64,000 bases of DNA from Hypanus sabinus (lineage: Eukaryota), in the NCBI RefSeq assembly GCF_030144855.1, contig NC_082730.1, forward strand, positions 13,268,001-13,332,000, read 5' to 3'. Below are positions 21,250 through 33,612 of this stretch, piece after piece. Under the pieces are notes generated by a model. That model was not told the DNA's origin and made no database searches. It worked only from the letters and a program-made list of their open reading frames with translations. The stretch's first letter is position 1; every line of letters begins with the position of its first letter. The position numbers and the translations under genes are program-made.

Positions 21250-22375
21250 TAGCATTACCTTCAGGTTGGAGGCTACCCAGACGGTATATAACCTGAGTTT
21301 GGATTCATCTTGACGGTAGAGGAGGCCATGGATAGACATATCAGAATGGGAATGGGATGTGGAATTAAGATGTGTGGCCCGACTCAGACTGGGAAACCGT
21401 TTTGCTGAACACCTACGCTCCGTCCGCCAGAGAAAGCAGGATCTCCCAGTGGCCACACATTTTAATTCCACGTCCCATTCCCATTCTGATATGTCTATTC
21501 ATGGCCTCCTCTACTGCCAAGATAAAGCCACACTCAGGTTGGAGGAACAACACCTTATATAGCAGCTGGGTAGCCTCCAAACTGATGGCATGAACATTGA
21601 CTTCTCTAACTTCTGCCAATGTCCCTCCTCCCCTTCTTACCCCATCCCTGATATATTTAGTTTTCCCCCCTCCCTTTTTTTCCTCTCTTTCTGTCCATCA
21701 CTTTACCTGTAATCCATCTCCCTCTGGTGCTCCCCTCCCCGTTTCTTTCTCCCTAGGCCTCCCGTCCCATGATCCTTTCCCTTCTCCAGCTCTGTATCCC
21801 TTTTACCAATCACCTTTCCAGCTCGCAGCTTCACCCCACCCTCTCTGGTCTTCTCCTATCATTTTGCATTTTCCCCTCCCCCCACTACTTTCAAATCTCT
21901 TACTATCTTTCCTTTCAGTTAGTCCTGACGAAGGGACTCGGCCCAAAATATCGACAGAGCTTCTCCTTATAGATGCTGCCTGGCCTGCTGTGTTCCACCA
22001 GCATTTTGTGTGTGTTGCTTGAATTTCTAGCATCTGCAGATTTCCTCGTGTTTGCTGTGTGTAAGTTTGTTGTTGAGTTTCTTGAGTTACAATTTGTGAA
22101 CTATTTTAGTAACAGTCTGAAAGCAATGTAGAAGGTAAAATAGGTGTTGTTCTTTCAACCTGAGTGTGGATTCATCTTGCCAGTAGAGGAGGCCATGGAT
22201 AGACATATCAGAATGGGAATGGGACGTGGAATTAAAATGTGTGGCCCGACGCAGACTGGGAAACCGTTTTGCTGAGCACCTATGCTCTGTCCGCCAGAGA
22301 AAGCAGGATCTCCCAGTGGCCACACATTTTAATTCAACGTCCCATTCCCATTCTGATATGTCTATCCATTCCTGC
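21250..22375 (+). mobile_element. Penelope-like element with 5' inversion and a locally duplicated inversion junction (unit B ~50075-51195)
   Basis: RLGNRFAEHLRSVRQ; reverse-complement arm 21258-21370; the same gtggcc|cgac junction recurs at ~22245. Confidence 0.8.
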
Positions 22376-23634
22376 AGATTTCCTCGTGTTTGCTGTGTGT
22401 AAGTTTGTTGTTGAGTTTCTTGTGTTACAATTTGTGAACTCTTTTAGTAACATTCTGAAAGGGATGTAGAAGGTAAAATAGAAATAAAACTCTTAATTTT
22501 CCTTTATCATTTCATCTCACTCATTGATGGCTTCTAATGAATTAGAACTCTGCTGGGAATTAAAATTGCAAGCGAACTCAACCATGGCCATTCTGATCTC
22601 CATCTAAACTCAGAATAAAATATTTGCACACCTGATCCGGAAGCGTTTTGCGAAAGTTGGAGGGAAAACTCATAGGCTGTGCGATATCGGTTCTGACAAA
22701 AAAAAAGACATCTGACTGACACATGTCATGCAGATCGTATCAAGTACAACCATGCCTAAGCCTGACCCATAAACACAAGAGATGTTTCAGAAGCTGGAGA
22801 TCCAGAGTAACACGCACAAAAGTTAGAGGAACAAAACAGATGAGGCAGCATCTATGGAGAGGAATAGAGACTTGACGTTTCAGGTGAGACCCTTAATGAA
22901 CCCTGATGAAGAGTGTTGGTCTGAAATGTCTTTTTATTCTTCTCCATAGATGCTGCTTAACCTGTTGAGTTCATCCAGCATTTTGTGTGTGTTGCTAAGC
23001 CTAACCCAAATGTTTTAGCAGAAAATACACCAATTCGACTTGTACCTAGCTTACGTAGTCCGGTATGCATCAAGTAGTCATAATCTGACCTGGAATTCCA
23101 ATCTTATCCCCTTGTCATTATTAGCTTTTAATAATGCATTAAAACTCATCTTTTTAATAGGTTCACATCAGGACATTGCTCCTTTGTCTTACAACCAGAT
23201 TTGCATCACTGCTTTTCAGTGAAGAACAGCCACTTTATAATTTAGTACCTGTGTGCTGTCTATCCATGTAGATGAATATACAAATTTGAACTCACAGTGA
23301 GTAACATTACCGAAGAGAAGTTCAGTATTCCAGTGATGGGTCTTTGGATTAGTGATGGATCACCAATTTGTACTGAGAACCCATTCCTACGACAGTCCAA
23401 AGATGTGCTGGGGGCAGCCTACAAGTCACGCCATATATCCGGCACCAACATAGCATGCCTACAACTTACTAACCCTAACTCGTACATTTTTGAAATGTGG
23501 GAGGGGGCTGGAGCAGCCAGAGGGAACCCAGTTGGTCATGGAGAAAACATATAAACTCCTTACTGGCAACGACAGGAATTGAAAGCAGATTGCTGGTCTT
23601 GCAGAGAGTTACACAAATTGCTACATGCAATGTC

Positions 23635-24280
23635 AACATTCATTTCAAGAGGACTGGAATATAAAGGCAAGGATGTTATGTTGAAACTGTATAAAGCACT
23701 GGTGAGGCCTCACTTGGAGTACTGTGAGCCCATTATCCTCAAAAGAGTGTGCTGAAACTGTAGAGGGTTTTAAGGTGGTTCACAAAAATGATTCCAAGAT
23801 TGAACAGCTTGATATAATGTAAAGATTTTTACTCATCATGTATGTGAAGGATGTAAGAAGTAGTGAATTCAATTCATATGAAGAGTGTTTGGTGGCTCAG
23901 GGCCTGTATTCACTGGAATGCAGAAGAATGAGGGGTGACCTAATTGAAGTCTATCAAATATTTAAAGGTTTTGATAGAGTTGATGTGGAGAGGATGTTTC
24001 CTATGGTGAGAGCACCTGAGACCAGAGTTTACAGCCTCAGAATAGAGGGGTGTCCTTTCAGAATGAGCATGAGCAGGAAATTCTTCAGCCAGAGGGTGGT
24101 GAATCTGTGGAAATGTTGCCACAGGCAGAGGTTGATAGATTCTTGATTGGTCAGGGAATGAAGAGGTATGGGGAGAGGGCAGAAGACTGGGGCTGAGAGG
24201 AATAATGCATCAGCCTTAATGAAATGGTAAAACAATCATGATGGGCCAAATGGCCTAATTCTGCTCCTATATCTTATTGT
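23635..24280 (+). mobile_element. CR1 3' fragment (unit B ~52458-53103)
   Basis: GLYSLECRRMRGDLIEVY, FFSQRVVNLW. Confidence 0.85.
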
Positions 24281-25044
24281 TTTGTTGCCGTGCTGCCTTT
24301 CAATGCTACTGTGTCACTCTTCACTTGGTGCCCTTGTTGACACCAAGGAATTTAAAACTACAGACCTTCTCTATTTCTGTTCTGTTGAGACTGGCTCATA
24401 GACCTCAAGCTTCTGTCTCCTGGGCTGGGTCTCTCACTTCCTCACAAGTGAACAAATATCTTCGCAACATGACGTAGAGTACAAGGCATTGACATACATC
24501 CTGCTTCACAACTTGCTGTGGCCATGTTAACCAAGTTGCATTTTAAGCACATTAACTGTTGCTGACTGATGCTTGACAGTTTGTCCGAAAGTCAACACAT
24601 TCACAGAGAAAGGATGCTGCTCACACCAGGAACTAACTCAGAGGCTTCAACTGGAAACATAATTTTTCAATTTGTTATTTGAAATTTATTTTCCATATTC
24701 ATCTCTATTAAAGTGGAAGAAAGCTTTAAGTTCTAAACACAGAAAATTGATGCTGGTGCAGCTGGTATTTTGGATATTTTGTGTAGTCCTATTGCAGTTG
24801 TGGAAGGAAAATAGGGGGTATGGGTAATCCTAGATAATTTCTAAAGTAAGTACATGTTCGGCATACCATTGTGGGCCGAAGGGCCTGTATTGTGCTGCAG
24901 GTTTTCTATGTTTCTATGTGGTGGTTATTATAAAACTACACGTGGCACCATGAAGTACATATTGAAAGGGCCATCTATATTGTTGCAGATCTGGAGTTAA
25001 TTGTGGATAAGATTCGATGCTGAAATTAGTTTTGTTACTTGTTA

Positions 25045-25935
25045 AGCACATATTTCCCTCTCTACCCTTCTCCGCTTTTTGCAGGGATTGTTCCCTCCGC
25101 AACTGCCTGGTCCACACGTCCCTCCCCACAGAACTCACACCTGGTACTTATCCCTGGAGGCGGAAATGCTACACCTGTCCCTACACCTCCCCTCTTTCCA
25201 CTATTCAGGGCCCCAAACAGTCCTTCCAGGTGAGGCAACACTTCACTTGTGAGTCTGCTGGAGTCATCTTGCATCCGGTGCTCCCGGTGCGGCTTCCTCT
25301 ACATCGGCGAGACCCGACGCAGATTGGGGGACCGCTTCATCGAGCACCTCCACTCCGTCCGCCACAACAGAACAGATCTCCCGGTTGCCACCCACTTCAA
25401 CTCAGCTTCACATTCCCATTCGGATATGACCATACATGGCCTCCTCTGCTGCCATGAGGAGGCCAAACTCCGGTTGGAGGAGCAACACCTCATATACCGT
25501 CCGGGTATGAACATCGAATTTTCCAACTTCCCGTAATTCCCTCCCTCTCCCTTCCCCCATCCCACTTTCACTCTGCCTCCTCTTCCAGCTGCCTACCACA
25601 TCTCTCATGATTCTGCCTTCTACTACTACTACCCATAGTGCTTTCCCCTTACATTCCTTCTTCACCTTTCCTGCCTTTCGCCTCCCTGCTTCCCCACCCC
25701 CACCCCTTGCTCTATCCTCTGATTGGTTTTTCACCTGGCACCCACCAGCCTTCTCCTTCCCACCCTCCCCCGACCTTCTTTATAGGGCCCCTGCCCCCTC
25801 CTTCTTCAGTCCTGATGAAGGGTCTCAGCCGAAAACGTTGACTGCTCGTCTCAACGGATGCTGTCCGACCTGCTGAGTTTCTCCAGCGTGTTGTACGTAT
25901 TGATTTGACCACAGTGTCTGCAGTGTACTTGTGTT
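25045..25935 (+). mobile_element. Penelope-like element 3' part: GIY-YIG endonuclease, pyrimidine-rich tail, hammerhead-like motif (unit B ~53870-54765)
   Basis: CIRCSRCGFLYIGETRRRLGDRFIEHL; cagtcCTGATGA..GAAA..gactg at 25807-25844. Confidence 0.85.
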
Positions 25936-25949
25936 TAGTTTTGTTATTG

Positions 25950-26770
25950 TCAGTTGCACTGAGGCATTGTGAAAAAAAGACTTTCTTCCGCATTCCATCT
26001 GCACAGATCATTTAATTCACACATTGCATCGAGGGAGTACAATGGAAAGGCTTTAACATTTTGCAGAATACCTCGTTACAGCTCCAGAGAAAGTGCAGTG
26101 CAGACAATGAAGTGGAAAGCAACAGTGAGGATCTTGCTGACCCCTGTGTGGTCGTTGGAGAAGAAAACTGAGGATCTGAGGACAAGACTGTTGTATCAGA
26201 GATGAGAAAAATCTCAGTTGTTTGTTGTATCGGAACTTGGACAGGCCCGCTGCAGCAGTCAGGCCAGAAGGATCTATGATTTACAGAATTGACCGAAGTA
26301 CGGACTCACGTAAGGCAAAGGGGGGAGTCGTGTGTTTTATGGTCAGATCTTGTCAGTGCTCTGACTTGGCAATTCTGTCAAACAGTGTACAATCGTCTTG
26401 GAACACCTAAAGATCAATTGCAGACCTATCTACTTGCCTTGGAAGTTATCATCTGTGATCTTGACAGCAGCTTATGTATCACCAATGGCCGACAATAAAC
26501 AAGCACTCACAACATTGCATGACGTCTGCAGAAAAGAAACAGCCACTTTTCAAATTGTAACTGGATACTTCAACCAGCACTGTTTGAAGAATACCCTGCT
26601 CAGTTACCACTGTAGCACCAGAGGTCCCTGCATTCCAGACCACTGCTGCACTATGTTAATGAATGGCTGCTGTTCCTTGCTCAGACTGCAATTTGGTAAA
26701 TTGGATCACTTGGCTGTCCTTTTCCTCGCTATATACAGGCAGAGCCTAAAAAGCAGGGCGGCAGAGAAAA
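25950..26770 (+). mobile_element. Rex1/Babar-type LINE, APE endonuclease fragment (unit B ~54780-55600); short RT fragment at ~4900-4990
   Basis: EHLKINCRPIYLPWKLSSVILTAAYVSP, STRG..PDHC, FGKLDHLAV; LSLNISKIKDIIIDFSR. Confidence 0.75.
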
Positions 26771-26799
26771 AAAAAGAAATAAGGTGGATGATCTTGTAG

Positions 26800-27800
26800 A
26801 TTGTCAGGTATGATGTTGTGACTGATTGACTGGAGGCAGTGAATGGGAATAAAATGATCTTTTTCTGGTTGTCTGCCGAAGACCAGTGATGTTCTGCGGG
26901 GGTTGGTGTTGGCGCTGCTTCTTGTTATGCAGTATATCAATGATTTAGATGATGGAATAGGTAGGTTTTTCCCTAATTTGCAGAATATACAAAGACTAGT
27001 GGAGGGGCAGGTAGTGTTGAGGAAGCAGGTAGGATGCAGAGTGACTTAGATAGATTTGGAGAATGGGCAAAAGAGAGGCAAATGAAATACAATGTTGGAG
27101 AATGCATGGCCACACACTTTGCTAGAAGAATAAATATGCAGACTATTTTCTAAATGCGGAGAAAATCCAAAATCTGAGATGCAAAGGGACTTTAGAGTCC
27201 TTGTGCAGAACGCCCTAAAGGTTAACTTGCAGGTTGAGTCGGTGATGAGGAAGGCAAATGCAATGTTAACATTCATTTCAAGAGTTCTAGAATACGAGAA
27301 CAGGAATGTGATGCTGAGGCTTTATAAGGCACTTGTGAGGCCTCACCTTGAGTGTTGTGAACAGTTTTTGGGCGCCTCATGTACGAAAAGAGGTGCTTGC
27401 ATTGGAGAGGATTCAGAGGAGATACACAAGAATTATCTGGGAATGAAAGGGTTATCATACAAGGAATGTTTGATAGCTGTGGGTCAGTACTTGCTGGAAT
27501 TTAGAAGGCTGAGGGAGATCTGATTGGAACCTTTTGAATGTCGAAAGGCCTAGACAGAGTAGATGTGGAAAGGATGTTTCCCATGGTGGGTGAGTCTAGG
27601 AATAGAGGGTACTTCCTTGGGATTGAGGAGCAACTATTTAAAACAAGAATGCGGATACATTTTTGCTGGTGAATTTGTGGAATTCATTACCACAGGCAGC
27701 TGTGGAGGCCAGGTCATTGGGAATAATGAAGGTAGAGGTTGATAGGTGAATGGACATGGCATCAAAGGTTTTGGGGAGAAGGCTGGGTAGTGGGGCTGAG
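26800..27800 (+). mobile_element. CR1 3' fragment abutting the truncated Gypsy LTR (unit B ~55628-56628)
   Basis: LKVNLQVESV..KANAML, LYKALVRPHLE. Confidence 0.85.
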
Positions 27801-27810
27801 AAGCCTTGAC

Positions 27811-30800
27811 TTCTACTGCTATCCTGTGAAGTAACTCTCTTTAGCATTTTTCTAAAAACCTGGTAAGATTGTGTGCTTCTGGTAAGTGTTTTGGTTTGGC
27901 TAAAGATAAGGAGCAATGTGTCCAATTTAGGAATGTTGTATCAGCCAGTCAGGATTGTGGGATTTAGTGAAGGGGAAGACGACCATGAGGCTCGGGCTGA
28001 GCAGACATCTCAGTCACTGGTTGTATGGCAGTGCTCAGATAATGTGAAGTAACCGAGTCTAGTAGAGAGTTTAAAGGTTCCGGTAGGTGATAACAGTGAT
28101 TTTTCATAAAGGCAGAAAATCCATTAGCCACTTCAGCGAATTCCCTGCAAGCTCTGGAGGATGCTTTTGGCACAGCTGAAAGTGCAACCGATTTTAGGAT
28201 GAAGTTTAGGCGCACATTCCAGGAGGAAAGAGAGTTGTTGTCTGCCATGACACGATTGCTTAATGTATTCAAAAGACCCACAAGCTGCACTCTCCTCTGT
28301 GTTTTACTGAATTTCTTTGAGGTTAGATTGGAGGAAAACATGATTGAGAAGTGGAGAATTTCCAAAAGCAGAATAGTGTCTTCAGCGGTAGCCTCTGCTG
28401 TTAAAAGGGCCCCAGATGCCACGAAGATAGATCTTCTGAGGAATGAGTCGAAAACCCTTCGAGCTGAGCTGACTCGATGGATACCTGCAAATGTTTCAGC
28501 TAAATGTGACACGTCTGTTTGGAAACCCGACAAACCTGTAGGACGTGCTAAGCAGAGGATGGCCGCTGGAAAGTGCCTTTGACTGGAGAGGTGACTGGTC
28601 TTTTCTGTTACAACAGTGGAGGAGGTGGATATTTCGAGTGAGACTGTGAGTGACAGGAAAATCTTCGAAAAGTAAGTCAGCAGTTAGTCAAAGAAGGAAG
28701 AAATCTACGGAGGGACCCAGTAAAGGAATGTTCTGGCACTTCAGAGAGAATACGTTCCAATCAGTGTATCAAGGGAAATACTGAAGTGCAATACACTGTT
28801 CCCGATGATTTAGTGGGACCAAGCTCTGATGTATCCATATAGATTGAAGGTATTTATCTTAGAGCCATACTAGACACTGGTTCTCAAATTACATCACTTT
28901 ACAGATCCCGCAACAACCAGTATTTGATGCATTTACCATTGACACCACTCAGTTCCCTTGTGATTTGGGGGCTTAGTACTGCTGATTACCTGTACGATGG
29001 TTACTTATCGTTGCAACTACAATTTTCAGAAGCAGGTGTTGGAGTAACTGAGGCTTTTGATATCCTTGAGTAAGTCTGCCAGGAACTGGTTGAAAAAGGG
29101 GAAGCTTCATTCTTGTGGGAACAAACACTCCAATGGTGAGAAGGCTCATGAGAACATTTAAAAAGGGAGGTGAGAGAAGTTCTTTAAAACCATGTCCATG
29201 CACCCGGTGTTCAGAGCTGCTTTTGAGGAAGTGATGAGCATAAATGCGTAACTGTGTCGTAAACCCAGTCCAAAGCTGGCATGTTACGTCCTGAAAAAAC
29301 AGCTGAAGCAACTGGATAGCCCAAGTTCCCCGGAATGCCCGATGCGAGACCCTCTTGATGGATGCTCTAGAGGATCTCGAAGAAGAGTCATGCGTAGCTT
29401 CTGGAGTGCCGGTGAGACCTGAGCTGCAGAAACCTTTGGGTGCCCATGCAAGCAGGGTGACAGTATTGGTGGAGGTTGCTCCATGTGTACTCGCCACACT
29501 ATTAGAGTGACGGAGGACTCCCCTTTCCAAGAGAGGTCGCGCTGTTTAGGACCAGCGGAGGTTGAACATGTTCAGCAGCCCCAGTTTAAACTGGGCTCCA
29601 GAATAATTGGGGATGAAGCTGAGTTTAGTCAAGTGGCAAGGGGACCGGAGTGACTGGAATGAATGAGTGATAGGCGGGGGAGGCATCACCGAGAAAACAG
29701 GAACAGTACTGAGGAGTGCCTGAGGCTGAAGAAGCTGAAGATGAAATAAGATGGTCTCAGAGAGTCAGGAAACCCCCAGTAGTCTGGCACATGATGTACC
29801 AGGAAAACAGTGTCCTGTCCATCCAATGGACTGCCAATATGTTATTGCCAATTACAAATGGATTGGGGAACCTGAAATCACAAACTGCATTTGAATACCA
29901 TGTTATTAATAATGGTCCAATAAGTTCCAAAGTCATGAGAATGTGACTATTTTTGGTTTGGGAGGGGAGGTGTGGGGAGAGTGTAATGCTCTAGTTAAGA
30001 TTTCTACTGCTACGCTGAGCGGAATTTATTTTAGCAGTGTTTCGTAAGAGCAGTGTGTGCCACTGGTAAGAGCATTTTAGCTTCAGCTACAGGCAAGGAA
30101 CCATATTTTCCAAGATAGGAATGTAGTGTCAGCCAATCAGGACTGTGGGGTGTAAAGAAGGTTCTGGGGAGCTGTGTGGGAAGAGATTTTTGAAAGACAG
30201 TCGTCTGTTTTGGGGTCCTTTCGGGCTGGAGCTGCGGAGCGGGTCAGGAGGGAAGATGCTGCAAAGTGCCTTTGGATGGAGAGTCCCCTTTGCAAGAAAT
30301 GCTTTGTGCAGATGAATAGCTGGAAGAAGGAAGGGCCAATACTCCTGAGAGGTTCGGTTTGTTTGAACTGCCTTTGAGGGAAATTCGGACAGTGGCAAAT
30401 GGTTTCATACAGACCATGGTTCGAGCATGTGAGGAAAGCAATACACCCCCTGACTACCACTGAAATGAGCTCCAGCATTTATGTGCACATTGGACTGGTT
30501 TAACTGTAACGGGCCCTTTAATTTATCTTAGCAGATTTCTCTAACTATAAATCTGGTAAATGTACTTTCTTTATAATTTCATGCTGGTGTACGATCTGTT
30601 AGTTCTGGGCTACCGATAATTGTGTATGGGAAGTACTTACACAGCATTCGCTGAAATTGAGGTTTCTTTTATTGGGACATTGCAACATTCCTGTTTGGTT
30701 GAATCATACTGACCTGAGAGGTATTTTGCTTATGAAAGTCAGCCTCCTCACCAATGAGTCACCTGGCTGTTAGCAGAGTTAGAAAAAGAGCCAAGTTGGT

Positions 30801-30826
30801 GCACAAGCCCCAGAGAGAGGGTTACA
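27811..30826 (+). mobile_element. Deleted Ty3/Gypsy element: partial 5' LTR-like segment, PNMA-type gag, decayed CCHC knuckle, protease DTG, truncated pol, PPT, 3' LTR 29982-30826
   Basis: ALEDAFGTAES..KFRRTFQEERE gag; FCYNSGGGGYFE*DC knuckle; ILDTGSQIT at 28867-28893; LTR termini TGTAA/TTACA. Confidence 0.85.
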
Positions 30827-31796
30827 TACAGACTTGCCTTGTTAGCCCACAGGAAAATGCATCTCAGGGCCGTATGTGTAGACATATATGTACTTTCATA
30901 ATAAATTTACTTTGAACTTTGATATCTAAAGCATTTTGTGTGTGTTGCCAGTGCATCCTTCCCCCTTCCCAAACTCACTATCTGCCACTTCCAAATATAC
31001 TGACAACTTCCCACCAATACATTGAATACTTCTCACTAATAAACTGACAACATCTCCTTCTCCCTTCCACAACCCTGTGAACTCCCTCCTGACAACACAC
31101 TGACAGCTTCCACTGTCCCGTCCCCAACACACTGCCAATTTCCCTCACCCCTCCCCAATACATTGCCAACTCTCCTTTTCTTTCCCCACATGTTGCCGAC
31201 TCCTCTCTTTCCATCCCCATCACACAGCCAACTTACAACTCCCTGGAACTTGGCAACTCCCTCCACCACAACATCACCAACTTCCCTCTCCGCAACACAC
31301 CACCAACTTCCAATTCCCAGCAGCCTGGCAAATTCTTCCTCCCCCCCTCAATGCCAACTACTCCATCCCCAACACATCATGATCTTCTCTCTGCCCCACT
31401 TCCTCAACAGTTTGTCGTCTCCATTATTCTGAATGCATTCTGTCAGCCCATTACACTACCCCAGCCCCCGGCAACTACAAACTCAACCCCAAGCACCAGC
31501 TACCAGCCGTCCCTCCACCCATATCAACATTCCCCCAGCATCGGGCTCCATGCCACCTTGTCTTGCGCACAGATTTCATCAAGTCCATGGTTGCTGAACA
31601 CCTCTGAGCTTGTTCAGGGACAAGGAGGGATGAAGACCAAAGTGGCCACCAGCTGCTTGCTCCTGCACCAGGCCAACACAGCCCCAAAGAAAGCTGTCAT
31701 GGTTGAGGGAAACAGCTGCACTAAAACAAAGAAACGTTCACCCGACTTTATTTGTGATGTTTCCTAGGTTTCCTTTGGAGGTTGAATTAATCATTA

Positions 31797-31943
31797 TTAG
31801 TGAGCAACCACTGAATACACTACAGTTTCTGAGTAATGTTGTGTTCTGGCATTTCTAGGAGCATCATGTACCGGAAGATTGATGTGTGTGTTTTCCACGT
31901 AATCTCTACATTGCTTCACACTGGCATACGCCACAGGCTTTTC
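31797..31943 (-). CDS. Two-ITIM terminal exon, unit B
   Basis: Exon sequence reads identical to unit A. Confidence 0.85.
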   Translation of the reverse strand, partial: EKPVAYASVKQCRDYVENTHINLPVHDAPRNARTQHYSETVVYSVVAH

Positions 31944-33512
31944 CTGTATGGTGAAGTGTGAAATATAGTTAGTGGTGGACTGTTGACAGGGGGGCTGAAC
32001 TCAGAAAATGGCAGAGGAGAGCATTAGTGAGAAGAATTGGAGAGTACGTAAACAACCCCCAGGAGCTTTTCCTAGGTCTATAAAGAGAAAATAAATCTAT
32101 GTGAACATAGAAAGTGAGCCTGGGGAAATGCCACGGGGAATGAGTAAATGTCATTCAGGAATGGCCTCTTTTTACTACAGTCGGGGAGGAGATGAGGATC
32201 CTGAAGACCCACCCTCAAAAATTTAGGAACAGTTTCTTCCTCTCTGCCTTCTGACTTTTAAGTGATTCATAAACCCTTGACCACTCCTTGTTACTAATAC
32301 AAGAGGCTCTGCAGATGCTGGAAATCGGGAGCAACACACAGAACATGCTAGAGGACGTCAGCAAGCCAGGCGGTATTGACGGACAGGAAGAAGGTGTCAA
32401 CTTTACAAACTGAGACCCTTCATCAATACTGGAAACTCAGATCCATCTTCTTCAGATAACCATAAAAACAAAGAAAACCATGGAGTTTGTTCAAAACCCG
32501 TGCCATCCAACCAAAATGTTCAACTGAATTAGTCCATTTGCTTGCATATGGCCCATATCCCTTCAGGCCTTTCTTATTCATGTATCAGTCCTAATGTTTT
32601 ATAAATGTAATTGTATCTGCCTCTACAGCTCCCTCTGGTAACTTTTTCCATATGCCTGCCACCCTCTGCAAGAAGAAGTTGTCCTTCAGTTCCCTTTTAA
32701 ACTTCCCTTTCTCACACATTCAACCTATTCTTTTGTTCACATGACAATGAACTTCACTTGGAGTTACAAAACAAAGTAAAATTGTGTAAACGTCAGAACC
32801 TATTGAGAAACAGGATGGCTTTGTCTGCTTTTGAACTCCTTCAGTTAGCTCCTGGTTTGCTGCTTTCACCACTTCCTTTGTACCACTTTCAAAGAAACAC
32901 TTTCTTGTTCATTCTAGGTATAACCATAACACTTGTATCATCTTACTGGAATTTCCAAACATCCGATAGAGGTATTGATTTTGTAGAGACCTGCAGCATG
33001 CAACAAACGAGCTATTGGGATCTCAATGTTGTGCCAACTTTTTAACCTACTCCAAGACCATTCTAACCCTTCCCCTCCCACACAGTCCTCCATTTTTCTT
33101 TCATCCTAGTGTCTATTTAAGAATATCTTGAATGTTCCTGATTTATTTGTCTCTACCACCACCCCTGGCAGTGCATTCCACTCCCTGTATGAAAAACCAC
33201 CTCTGATATACCCCCCATACTTCACTCCAATCACCTTAAACGTATGCCTTCTTGTGTTAGTCATTGCCATCCTGTGTAATAGGCTCTGGATGTCCACTCT
33301 ATCTATTCCTCTTGTCATCTTATACATCTCAATCATGGTATTGTCTAAGCAGTGCTTTCCAAATGTATAAACTGGTTGATTTGGTAAACTAGGTGAATGG
33401 TCTGAATCTGTGAAAGGCGTCTCAGAGAGGAGATGAATTTTTAAGCCATCTTTTGACATTTAGTATCATCTTGCTAGTTAACTGAACTGAACTTATCAGT
33501 CTTGTCTTCTAC

Positions 33513-33612
33513 CTGAGTATTATACAAATAATGATGGCAGTTAATGAGCAACAGGAGGAGAGCTGACAAGGCAACTGCAAGTACGACATGCCATTGGGAT
33601 GGTCTTGGCTTC
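33513..33612 (-). pseudogene. Second TM exon with the same frameshift, unit B
   Basis: Same extra base as unit A; two substitutions in the Leu/Phe run. Confidence 0.7.

Noticed and set aside
28199-28582. Domesticated PNMA-like gene
   Set aside because: Embedded in LTR-gag-protease-PPT-LTR context, with stops and a frameshift difference between copies
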